64,000 bases of DNA, from the NCBI GenBank assembly GCA_037447605.1, contig CM074804.1, forward strand, positions 496,001-560,000, read 5' to 3'. Below are positions 25,378-38,501 of this stretch, in pieces; the first letter of the stretch is position 1; each line of letters opens with the position of its first letter. The notes under the pieces were generated by a model. The model did no database searches, was not told the origin of the DNA, and saw only the letters and a list, made by a program, of their open reading frames with translations. The stretch comes from Zygnema circumcarinatum SAG 698-1b (taxonomy: Eukaryota > Plantae > Zygnematophyceae). Position numbers and translations under genes: made by a program.

Positions 25378-25908
25378 TGTTGGCCGATCCAACCCGTCGC
25401 GATTTATTGTCACGTGCAGCACATCATGAAGGCGTGGCTGCTCGCGATGCGGCCCTTTGCAAGGAGCGTGCATATGCTCACCGTGATGCAGCCGACGAGT
25501 TTGTTCCTATGGCTATTGAGATTTTTGGCTGCCTCGACACCCGTTTGGATACCTTCCCTCGCCAGTGCGCCCATCGCNNNNNNNNNNCCCTCCTCCGGCG
25601 ATTTTGGCTACCTTTTATCGACAACGTATTTCCGTCGCCCTTCAGCGTTGCCTCGCTTCTACGCTACTTCGGCGTGCTGCAGTTGTTGGTGACCGTGTTG
25701 GTGGACTTCCGCCGCTCCCTCCTCGCGACGTGCCTCACATCGGTGACCTTCGCGGCTGCTTCTAGGGCTGCGTTGTTGTGCCTAGGCGTAGTTTTCCGCT
25801 CCTAGCTTCGTCTTATTGTGTTTCGGTCCTTTGTGACCAGTCCTTCGTGGTTCCACATTTTGCCTTTATCCATGTAAATTTGATGGCCTCGCCATCGCGA
25901 GTTCAATG
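25378..25908 (+). mobile_element. 5'-truncated non-LTR retrotransposon fragment, restriction-like endonuclease (CRE/early-branching clade) C-terminus plus 3' UTR; spans an assembly gap
   Basis: VLADPT...AA..EGVAARDAALCKERAY...FVPMAIEIFG and, after the N run (25578-25587), FYRQRISVALQR. These motifs are typical of RLE domains of CRE-like elements. Confidence 0.65.
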
Positions 25909-26136
25909 AAAGTTTGCGCATTTTCTTCATGTTATGTTATGTTATGATCTACACATAACCAGTAGGCATCGGAAACATCACATTTCCGATGACGCGGTGA
26001 CCGGCTGGCATATCCGTACGGCCATGAGCATCGCCGGGCATGCAGCGCCATGCAGCCCCGAAACGGCTGCCTTCGTTCTCAGGCCTTTTCTTGATTCTCC
26101 TTCTCTTGCCTTGCTTTTCCCCTTTCTGGAAGCGCC

Positions 26137-26550
26137 ATGGCGTCTTTCTTTTCCAGCAAAGGGGTTGGCAAGGTCGTCTCCTTGATAAAGCAAACAGCAA
26201 AGGATGTTCTGAAGTTGGCACAGCCGCCATGGAAAGTGACTGGGCCTGCTGCTTCCTCTCTGTATGTTCCTCCTTTCAACGATGCCATGGAGACTCGAAC
26301 CTCCGATCCGGGAACTCCAACGGTGCATCCATGGATTCCTAATGCAGAGCCTGAGAGGGTTTATGATATCACGTACTACACGCATGGATATCGAAGTATT
26401 GAGGTCAGAAAGCAGCAAGAAATGGTAGATGTGAAGGAGGCGGCAGCAGAGATGGAGGAGTTGGAGGTGCCTCCTGCTCCAGGGCAGTCCTTCAGAATGG
26501 GGAAATTAGTGCCCGCAGATGACAATCCTCATGGAGGATTCCAACGGTGA
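26137..26550 (+). CDS. NDUFA7: Mitochondrial complex I subunit NDUFA7/B14.5a, single exon, 137 aa
   Basis: PPWKVTGP...P.A.E.R...PGT...IPNAEPERVYDITYY...GGFQR resembles plant B14.5a (KPWQITGP...DPETVYNIVY...GGGYEK). Confidence 0.8.
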   Translation: MASFFSSKGVGKVVSLIKQTAKDVLKLAQPPWKVTGPAASSLYVPPFNDAMETRTSDPGTPTVHPWIPNAEPERVYDITYYTHGYRSIEVRKQQEMVDVKEAAAEMEELEVPPAPGQSFRMGKLVPADDNPHGGFQR

Positions 26551-26691
26551 AACTGTCATTTTCAGAAAGAAAAAATTGAGTTCAGAAGTTTTGTATTCAG
26601 AAGCGAATAAATTCACTTGCAGCGCATCTGGTTGATGCTGTAGAAAGCTTCTCTGGATATACTGGAAATTCAAAATGAAAATGTTTAGCCT

Positions 26692-26737
26692 AGTTTGACT
26701 AGTTTGACTAGTTTGACTAGTTTGACTACTTTGACTA
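26692..26737. repeat. (AGTTTGACT)n 9-mer tandem repeat downstream of NDUFA7
   Basis: Five units. Confidence 0.9.
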
Positions 26738-27612
26738 GCCTTATACTATCCCTCGGAGGGGACATGCGCGTTAGGGCGTTGACGACAAATGAGTTTGATG
26801 CGAGGGAAAAGAATAGGTTCGGCCTTTTGTTTACTTTGCTTTGGATGCGATGATTCTCTTGCTAGCAATTTGCCATAAGTTTTCAGCTCCTTCTCTGTGA
26901 AAATGTGCAGAAGGTGATGTTTTGTGTTATTACAAACTGATGGAAAAGCAAGCTCAAAGACAAAGTCAAAGTCTGCGTGATAGATTGCAAACTTTTTCCA
27001 CTGCCCCAGATTTAGCGAGTGCTAATGCTTTAGGGCCGAAATTTAGGGGCTTGAAGCGAAAATGAATGGAGTTAAAACCCTTCGCAAAGTGACGCATGAG
27101 GGCTGGGTCTTGCATACACTCGTTTGACTAGCAGGTATTTATTTTTAAACCAAGAATTATATCCGCTGCGTATGAATAGGTGAGTTCGCTAATGTAAACT
27201 GCAGGGCTTAGTCTCATTATACTCTCATCAAGCATTCGAATAGCAAGAAATGGGACAGAGAGGGCTTATCCTGTGATCACCCTCGCCTCCTTCACTCTTG
27301 TTTTTTCTCCTTTAGAAGCAAAAGAGTGAGGGGGGGGGGCGAGTGCGGGGCTGCAATTTGAACAAAAACCAAATCTAATTGATTGGACAGTTTTCAGTTT
27401 GGGTTGCAAAACACCTTTACCTACTGCTTACAGGATTCTAACAGGAATTGGAGGCAGCGCACGTTACTTCCTATTGCTAACCGATAGATACTGCAGCAAA
27501 CTTGGTTGCTCGAACTCGACTAACATGTAGTCACATCCACTACTTGAGGACTCTCCCCTCTCTCTCTCTCCCTCTCTTTCTAATTTTCTCTTCTCTCTCG
27601 ATCTCTCAAGCC

Positions 27613-30482
27613 TCATAATTGTTTGTGGTTGTACATAGTTGATCGAAGACCTGCAATGTCCAAGGCCGATCTTTTCAAGGTCGACTCCACATAGTATACA
27701 GCACCAACGTACCTGATAAGTTAAACCACAACTCAATAAAGTCAGTTTGGGTTTCCAAGGGCACAAAGCCGAAGGGAAAGCTCGCGTGCTACTGTCTTTA
27801 CAGTATCTCTTCAAAGGAGCACACTTCATATAAAGTATTGCGTGACAAGTCAACTAAAGAATGCTCCAAATGGCTAAGGAAAGAAAGCAAGATGAGCAAA
27901 GCCGCTGAAGTGATCTGAAGGTCATTCAATGGTGAGCGTTCTGCACTCACACAAGAGTGGTGAAGGGCAGCCAAAAGACGCGCTTCACAGCGGGGCGAGG
28001 TAACCTAGAAAAGAGAGAGAGAGAGAGAGAGGGGGAGAGAGAGAGAGAGAGCCTTAGACATTTTTAGAGTATGAGGACCTGCTGAAGATAGTGTAGACAA
28101 GTATTATGCAGGTGTTGAAAGATAATCACAGCGGAGAGATAGCTCAAAAAAGAATCCCAAGCAAAAGGGAAAAGAAAAAGATGCAACATTGCTTTCTAAA
28201 TGACAAGCATTCAAAGCTGCAGTTATACAGAAAATAAAAACATGCATGAGGCAATGATGTTTCGATAGAGGATAACAAACGTTGAGAGAACGAGGTACAG
28301 AACTCACATAAGGATGTAATGAATCCAGAAAAGGCAGAGAAGGGAAGATGTGAGTGCCGCCCCTAGAAGCAAACGGGAACGAGAGAATCCAAGAAGGGAA
28401 ACAAGAAGCAAAAGGAACACTGTTGTGGTTGCAATGTCTGCAAAACCCCTCCCAATATGTGCTTAAAGTCGAGTCAATAATTTTACGTATGCTGAGGGGC
28501 CTTGGTCTACATCAGTCAGAAAAAGGCTCCCGTTTAGTTTCCTAGTGATTTCTTAGCAGATATGTCCGTGTTTTATGGAGTGTGGAATAACACCATCAGG
28601 ACTTATGTCTTTATCAAGAATGGCATGAATTTATCAAGAGGAATACGGAACCACCCTCAAGGCCACGTAAGATGCCATGGCTTGGGAGATAGAGTAACAT
28701 TGCTACTTGATTTAAACGCGGATAAGAAGTTGAAGACCAGCCCTGGATGCCTGTCTATAGAAACATACAAATAGAAGGATAATTTACTCTGCATGGCAGT
28801 GGCAGAAAAGGAGGGAGAGGCCAATACCGGCAGAAACAACAAATGATGAGGGCATCAGGCCCTGAAACTCATTATAGTAGCTCTGCAACCCAACATCCTC
28901 ATTCAGTGTCAATCCTTCACAGCTTGAAACACACATACTAATGCATTGACTTAACCAAACAGCAAAATGTTGGACAACAATCTTCTAAAGTGAATGTTGA
29001 ACAAGGTCAAAGATGCCTTTATAAGTGACAAAGTGGAACACGAAACTCACCCTTTGCCAAGGGTGATAGTGTTGAATATATGCTGAGTATGCATAGAAAC
29101 CACTTAAGCCCAGAGTGAGGACAGAGAAGCAAGCCTGCACATAATGCACGATTAAGTCACTAAATATTTCTCTGCAATAACAAGTCCTCAACAAGCCAGT
29201 TCTAGATGAAGGGCTGAGGGTTGGCCTCCCCCCGGTATACATTTACTCAATGGCAGTGAACAGGAATGGGAGCAGGAGTACAAGAGCAATATCGGCTCTG
29301 ATAATATTAGTATACATTATATAGAGTAATATCTATTGGGGAAGGGAGGCCAGAGCAGAAAGTATACCTAAGCAATGTAGAAATTAACAGTACTATCTAT
29401 GCATTACGCCTCTCGTTGCAGTGCTGAAAACATCCTCCGATTTTCTTCCATGTATCAAACGAGTGATCGGAAGTGGAAAAAGGGGCGCGAAATTGTACTT
29501 GAAACCAAGAAAAAGCTCGTTACATAGGGAAAAGCTGAGCAAGACTAAGAGAAATATGGCATGGAAGCTTACCCGCCATGTATTAGTGGCCCGCGCATTG
29601 GCATCCTCAAATGACTGTACCAATCGCTCTTGCTCTGCAAAGGCTCCGCCCGCATCACGAGAGAAAGTTGTCATGCGAAATTCAATGCACTGAGAACAAA
29701 GTCTGTCTAAAGTAAGTAAATTAGCATCAATTTTATTAGCATTCAATAACACCGCACTCTGTTTCCCATTCTATAGAACCCAACCGCCAGCAAACAACCC
29801 TTACAAGCTTCGGAGCAAATAAATTGCTTTTCTCGCTTTCAATACAAACGCAGGACATGGGGAGGGCGAGAGGGGATGAAGCATGACCTTGCCAATTGTA
29901 GGAACTTTCTGCACAGCCCTATGTAACCCTATTCCATAACATGCCATTCGTAGTGCGCTACGTCACACAAGTGGCAACATTTCTGAAGGAAAATTCATGA
30001 ACTTGATACAGCATTATTAATGTATAGTAGACTTTCAGCTTAACGCTTGATATTGCTCAATTAATTCGCAACAACCCAACAAACATAGTCGAGGTTACCC
30101 TAGAAATTTCCATGCATATATTCTGAAACCATGAACCAGCACTCCACCTAACCAGTTCAAACTCATAACCCTAAAAACAATGTCCAAAACGTTTCCTTTA
30201 TGCTTCAATCTGAGAGCGCGAATGAGGGATTATTTCAACACACTTAGAAACCTTCCAGCCCCGCCCTGCAATCCCCTTACCATTTCCGCCTCCCCCTCCA
30301 CACCACCCTTCCTTCCAGAATTCAAAACCCTAACTTCCATCCTGCAACCCTAAAAAGCACTTCAGGAGAGAGGAGGCTCTCCCACCGTCGATGTCGAGGA
30401 ACAAATTGGCGTCATCGACGTCCGATGAAGAGCCGCGCATCGCATGGCCTCGGCCGCTGCTCCCCGACTGCACCCTTCTCAT
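27613..30482 (-). CDS. Conserved plant multi-pass membrane protein of unknown function
   Basis: Spliced pieces: EQERLVQSFEDANARATNTWR, LGLSGFYAYSAYIQHYHPWQR, LLCLFWIHYILM|LPRPAVKRVFWLPFTTLV|YVGAVYYVESTLKRSALDIAGLRSTMYNHKQL*. They resemble a recalled plant family (EQE.LI.SLE...W...PW...FW.YY...WLPF...L...MY..K). One middle exon is uncertain. Confidence 0.65.
28144..28274 (+). repeat. About 130-bp dispersed repeat, second copy at 33519-33650
   Basis: Both read TCAAAAA.GAAT.CAAGCAAA.GGGAAAAGAAAAAGATGCAACATT.GCTTTCTAAATGA.AAG.ATTCAAA.CT.CAGTTA.ACAGAAAA...AACATGCATG...CAATGATGTTT.GATAGA.GATA. Confidence 0.8.
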
Positions 30483-31016
30483 AGCATGTCGCCGCAGCTT
30501 CTCTCTTCCCGCCACGTGTCACACCTCCCTCCCCCTATCCCTCACTCTTCTCTCTCCCTCTCCCTCCCTTCTCCCTCTCCCTCTCCCTCACAACCATCCG
30601 CCACTTCGTGGCAACCTCCCTTCCCAACCGCCAGGTGGGCCCGCCCGTTACTTTGCACGCGCCGTTGCACTCGTTGGTTCGCGCACAGTCAGGTCAGGTA
30701 CAGTTGTGGCTTTAACGCGACGATGAAGCTTTCTATGTTCAACAGATCCAGTTTCCGTAGCTGTCAACTGGATGGCATGTGCACTCGATGATGTCAGCAG
30801 ACACTCATTCTTTTCCTTATGACATCATCAAACACTGACGTCGTGATGTCATCACATCCTGATCTGCAACAGCGTCAAAGGGTTGCGGGCTTTTCAGGGG
30901 TTTTAGGGCATTTAGGATTTTAGGGCTTCAAGGGTTTGTATGCAGAGAGCGAGGAGGGCAGCAGTCGGAGCAGGGCAGAGGACCAGGAGACATCAGGGCA
31001 GCTCTCAGCGGTGGCC
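30483..31016. promoter_or_regulatory. Bidirectional promoter membrane-protein gene / SSSCA1-like
   Basis: G-box GCCACGTGTC at about 30511, TGA(C/T)(A/G)TCA palindromes at 30788-30852, and TTTTAGGG telo-box-like motifs near 30900-30925. Confidence 0.55.
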
Positions 31017-33141
<2,125 letters not shown>

Positions 33142-34867
33142 ACGAACCTGCTGAAGATAAGAGTTTGGTTTGGATTGACCCATCATCCAGTTCGGCCAAG
33201 TGGCAGCTGGGGCTGTGTTTGGGACGGCAGCCCCCTTCCTGCCGCCCTTGCAACGAACATGGATGGGCAGTGGCAACATTGAAAATGGGGCTCTCTATGT
33301 GGCTGCTGATTTATTTGGCTTCTGTTGTTTACACGTCAAAAAATCGATATTGGTGGACATTTCAGGGACGGTTGAAATGAACCTCAACAAGTGCGCAAAG
33401 GCAGGGGTAGGGGGTAGCGGGAAAAGGGAGGGGGAAATGTTAAGTCATGCGTGTAGGACGGAGGTCAGTGCAGCATTGCACCGCTGTCCTGCACTGAACT
33501 CCGTGATTGTCCTAAAAATCAAAAAGGAATCTCAAGCAAACGGGAAAAGAAAAAGATGCAACATTCGCTTTCTAAATGAGAAGTATTCAAAACTACAGTT
33601 AAACAGAAAAGCGAAACATGCATGCGTCAATGATGTTTTGATAGATGATATCCGATTCCGATTTTCCTCAAATATTTTTGACAATCGAACAGCAATTGCC
33701 TCAAGACGAATCCCATACAACGGGTGCTCTCAGCGAAGATCAAGCGGCAGCGTGCGCTACCTGCAGGAAGTGTGCCCATGCAGCGCTATCTACTGAAGCG
33801 CTCTGAAACTGTACTTCCTCCTACAACTCATTTTTAGACAGGCCATAAGATTTTGCCTGAAGTGAAAGAAAAGAGTGAAAGAGAGAAGTTGTTTTAAAGG
33901 GGAAGACATCAGAAATCAAGGTCCGCCGCACAGCAGGGCTTCCGCAGGGATGACAATATCTGCCACATGTTATACCCTCGTAGCTACTGATGGGGAGTAG
34001 AACGCAACTGGAACTACAACTGCTTGTGATGCTTGGAGTTCTCTCCTGAGTCCATGGAGCCATGCCAGCATTACCCAGACCTGCATTGGAACCATGAAAA
34101 GGAAAGTATAAGAACCTGCAAAACTATTCCCACATATCAACGTAATAACTTCCTCCTTGCTATTCTGGTTCAATCATTTTTTAAGGGATAAAGATTTCGC
34201 ACTTGCGAAGCATTCATATTATACTCAATGCAGGCATCTGTGCGACAACTGAAACAAGCGACACACACTGATCCGCATGCGTGAATAGCATATGAAATGG
34301 CCAAGGAAAAGGTCTGGCATAGTTTCTACAGATTCTGAATAAGCAAAAGAATTCGCGATGGTCAACATCATTCAAGGGAGCGCACTAAAAGAAGCAGTGT
34401 CAACTGCAGTTGAAGTCCATCAATTTGCAGCCACAATTAACTGCAAGCAAAGTACCAAGGTAAGTTTAGTATGCTAACGATCTCGGGGCGGACGGATCTT
34501 CCGCTCCGAACGGATTCGGGCAGGCCCTAACATATTTTTTTCTCTCAAAAAAACAACAGGCTGCGGATCAAGATCCTCGTGCGTTGCCTTTTTAAAGAAA
34601 TGTCTAGGGGGAGTCAGACCTTGACCATCGCCCGCGGAATTGAAAGATAGATTTCGACGGCGGAAAGGTATTGATTTCGATTTCCGAATTCGGTTCGGAA
34701 ACCACGGCTCCCCCCGAACCTGTCTGTCACGTCCGTACGGCGGAATAGGTTACAAAAATGCCCCCAAATTTCAGAATTCCGCGCTCCGAAACGGGGCCTC
34801 CAGAGGCCCCCCGTTTCGAAATTCCAGCTTTCCGCCGATGAGGAATCGTGCCCCGCCTTGTCGCCAT

Positions 34868-35448
34868 TAGGGCGTGTCAGACTTAACAAAATGTTACGAA
34901 TATCGAGTTTTTAGTATTACGAGAATCGAGGTTACTAAGTACTAAAAATCATCGCGCCCCCGAACCTAAACCGAACCGAACGAAAGTCAACTGTGCTAAG
35001 TCAACGGGTCAACGTTGCGAAGATTGACCCGTGGGGTTTACTGAAATTGCATTTCTTCGCACGATTTTGTTCGCACCCAAAAGAGGCGCCGAAATGGACG
35101 TGCGAAGAAAATACTGGCGAAAATCGCGTCAACGTGACGTCATGGTTGTATTCCCGGCTACCCGCCCGCGCCCGCGCCCGCCCGTGACGCGCAACACGAC
35201 ACAACGACAAGCGGTCTCCGCGCGCCGCGCCGGCGCTGTTTCTAAGTCTGAGGGCCCCGCGCGAGGGCGAAGTTGCGAAGACGGCGTTTGGAGAAGTGCG
35301 AAGACGGCGATCGCGGAGTGCGAACAGGACCGCGCCGCGAGTGCGAAAAACTACGCTCGGGAATTTTAGTTTTACTGACGTTGACTCGAAATGTTACGAA
35401 TATCGAGTTTTTAGTATTACGAGAATTTTTTAAGTCTGACACGCCCTA
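34868..35448. mobile_element. hAT-type MITE A (581 bp)
   Basis: 18-bp TIR TAGGGCGTGTCAGACTTA / TAAGTCTGACACGCCCTA. A 38-bp subterminal direct repeat (AAATGTTACGAATATCGAGTTTTTAGTATTACGAGAAT) sits near both ends. Confidence 0.85.
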
Positions 35449-35449
35449 T

Positions 35450-36009
35450 TAGGGGGGGTCAGACCTTGACCATCGCCAAACCAACTTCGTAAGCCCGTCG
35501 GGCCTATTCCGCCGTGTACGGCAGGCCTTTTTCGCAAAAAGTGGCCGTTCGGCAGGTTCGGGCGCCGCGAATTCAAGAAAATTATTATTTTACCTTCGTA
35601 TCTCCGAGCCAGGTCTGACCCCCCCTTTTCGCCCCGCCGCGCTCCCTCCGCCGCCCGCCGCCCGCCGCCCGCCGCCCTCCGTTTTGTCGCCACGCGCGCT
35701 TCACACATGCGAGAGGCGCTCGCACGTGCGTGACGCGCATGGCGACAAGGCGGTGCACGATGCCTCATCGGCGGAAAGCTGGAATTTCGAAACGCAGAGC
35801 CTCCGGAGGCCCTGCGTTTCGGCGAGCGGATTTCGGCGGATTTCGGAAATTTGGGGGCATTTTTGTAACCTATTCCGTAGTACGGACGGGACATGACAGG
35901 TTCGGGGGAGCCGTGGCTTCCGACCCGAAACCTGGAAACGAAATCAATACCTTTCCGTATAGGGAATCTTTGAATTTCGTAAGCGATGGTCAAGGCCTGA
36001 CCCCCCCTA
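35450..36009. mobile_element. hAT-type MITE B (560 bp), same family as the host foldback element
   Basis: TIR TAGGGGGGGTCAGACCTTGACCATCGC / GCGATGGTCAAGGCCTGACCCCCCCTA. Its right two-thirds are homologous to 39290-39672. Confidence 0.85.
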
Positions 36010-36010
36010 T

Positions 36011-36414
36011 TAGGGATGGATTAATTACGACTATATAATATATATTATATTATACAACTGTGACGACTAGATAACGGCTGATATATATTACTTTACAACG
36101 CCTTTACAACATGTACGGTCGGACGGTCGTATGGTCGTACGATTGTACGGTAGTATGCGGTACGGATGTACGGTCGAGCACGAGCAGACAGAGTGAACCA
36201 GACGGACGCATTTCGCAACGCCAACGCCAAAACGATCTTATTTTGGTATTCTACGACCGTACGACCGTACGACTACGGTCGTACGGTCTTAAATGTTCAA
36301 AACGAGTGGGTATAATATATGTAATAAAGTGTTTTAGTTTGTAATATATTACTACTTTTAAACCCGTTGTAAAGTATATAATGTATTCGGAATTTATAAC
36401 GCGGGCCATCCCTA
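36011..36414. mobile_element. hAT-type MITE C (404 bp)
   Basis: TIR TAGGGATGG / CCATCCCTA. Interior has many CGTACG/GTACGG/CCGTAC repeats. It is followed by GTCGCCAT (36415-36422), identical to 34860-34867. Confidence 0.8.
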
Positions 36415-37431
36415 GTCGCCATGCGCGTCACGCACGAGCGAGCACCTCTCGCACGTGTGCGGCGCGCGTGGCGACAAAATGGAGTACACCGGTACAAACA
36501 TGCCGTTTCGGGCATTGTCAACCGACAATCACAATCCCGCGATTACGAAAATCGTAAAAGAAAAGACCACATCCTCGTCCAAAGACGATTGTCCAAAAAA
36601 ATAAATAAATAAAATAAATAAAATAAATAAATAAATAAATAATAATAAATAGAGTCGTTTCGTGCCGGTACGGTGATGTCGACGACGTTTCGATGACGAA
36701 ACGGTTACGGAACAACCGCGATATCATCTTCCCCTGTTCTTCACGTCCTCCCGATTTCCATTTTCTTACACTCGCCTGTCTAGCTGAAGAGTTGCTGCTG
36801 ATGCTTGCTGCCCTATTGTTCCGAAATCTACCATAACCAACACTCTTGTCGCTGCGGATCCTCTACCTTTTTGTTGCTGCAGCTCCTGCTGCTGCTGCTT
36901 GTGTTGCTACTGATTTTGTTTCTACCAGAGAAATGGAAAAAACCGACAATTAATGATTGGTGGAGGAAGGAGGAGGAAGGAACATGGAGTGTGGTGAAAG
37001 GGAGAATGGTGGAAGGGCGAAGGAAGAAAAAGGAGAGGGTGTTGAGGAAGGATGGAGGCTACTAACTGACAAGTCAGTCAATCAGTCAGTCTGTCAGTTT
37101 GTCGGCCAGTCTGTGAGTCCGTCTGTCAGTCAGTCACTCAAAAATCCAGTCTGTGTTTGTCAGTCAATCAGTCAGTCAGTTAGGTTGTCCATCCATTAAT
37201 CAGTCAGTCCTTAGGCCAGTCCTCCGTACTTTAAAGATTTTGCTGGACATATGGAAACGCTGGACATATAGAAACGTTGGACATATTGAAAAGCTGGACA
37301 TATTGAAATGCTGGACATATGGATATTTGGAATTTTGGAAGTTTTGGAAATTACCAAAAAAAAAAAAAACTTGAGATAAGATGGTAAAGATGAGATCATG
37401 ATGTACATAAGGTTCGGACTTACGCTCACTC

Positions 37432-38501
37432 ATGTGTTGTATAGCAAATAACCCTGGACAGATTTCGGAAAGACCCGGTACTGGAGATGATGATGTTCAA
37501 AAAGATCGAAAAATGTTGGAAACATAAGATCTTGATGTAAAATGGTTCGTACTTACGCTTACACTTATGTGTTGTATAGCAAATAACCCTGGACAGATTT
37601 CGGAAGGACCTGGTCCTAGAGATGATGACGTTCGAAAAGATCGAAGAATGTCCGGATCTGTCGATCTTGATGAAAAAGAAGGTTACGTATTTATGCTACT
37701 GGCGTGTGTTGTATAGCAAATAACCCTGGACAGATTTCGGAAGGATTCGGTCCTTGTGATAATGATGTTTGCATTCTTCATCATTTTTTTCTTCACCTTT
37801 TTTATCTTTCTTTTTCTTTTTCTTTCTTTCTTGTTGTTTTTTTTTTTTTCTGTGTGAGAGTGTGTGCGTTTGTGTGTCTCTGTTTGTGTGACTGTTTGAA
37901 TGTGCACATTCTTTTAACAGAAAAAACAAAAAAAAAAAAAATCAATCTAAATATTACAACATGAGGCCTCACGTTGTAATAAAAAGTTTGATTTTCCTTT
38001 TTTTTTTGTTTCTTCTGTTAAAAGAATTCGCACATTCAAACAGTCACACAAACAGAGACACACAAACGCACACACTCTCACACAGAAAAAAAAAAAAACA
38101 ACAAGAAAGAAAGAAAAAGAAAAAGAAAGATAAAAAGGTGAAGAAGAAAATGATGAAGAATGCGAACATCATTATCTCCAGGACCGAGTCCTTCCGAAAT
38201 CTGTCCAGGGTTATTTGCTATACAACACATGAGTGTAAGCGTAAGTACGAACCTTTTTTCATCAAGATCAGATGTATCCGACATTCTTCGATCTTTTCGA
38301 ACATCATCATCTCCAAGACCGGGTCCTTCCGAAATCTGTCCAGGGTTATTTGCTATACAACACATAAGCGTAAGCGTAAGTACGAACCATTTTACATCAA
38401 GATCTTATGTTTCCGACATTTTTCGATCTTTTCGAACATCATCATCTCCAGGACCGGGTCCTTCCAAAATCTATCCAGGGTTATTTGCTATACAACACAT
38501 G
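37432..38501. repeat. About 136-bp tandem repeat, roughly three units per arm, in inverted orientation across the palindrome centre
   Basis: TGTGTTGTATAGCAAATAACCCTGGACAGATTTCGGAAGGACC recurs at about 37432, 37568 and 37704, with reverse complements ending near 38230, 38365 and 38501. Confidence 0.85.

Noticed and set aside
25578-25587. Apparent frameshift in the retrotransposon fragment (also N run at 44543-44552)
   Set aside because: It coincides with a 10-N assembly gap of unknown true length, so no frameshift can be inferred.
26137-26550. Intronless NDUFA7 next to a retrotransposon remnant as a possible retrocopy
   Set aside because: The ORF is intact, with promoter-like motifs upstream and no poly(A) or TSD; short plant complex I genes are often single-exon.
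30788-30863. Apparent C-D'-C'-D box order suggesting a C/D snoRNA
   Set aside because: Box C is non-canonical (ATGATGT), there is no convincing terminal stem or guide, and the motifs are better explained as TGA(C/T)(A/G)TCA palindromes in a bidirectional promoter.
33400-34460. Splice-site-bounded segments on both strands between the SSSCA1-like gene and the transposon complex
   Set aside because: I could not join them into a coherent or recognisable ORF; they may be UTR or non-coding sequence.
37432-38501. Repeats with semi-regular spacing resembling a CRISPR array
   Set aside because: The inter-repeat sequences are homologous to each other (136-bp tandem units), the context is eukaryotic, and no cas genes are present.
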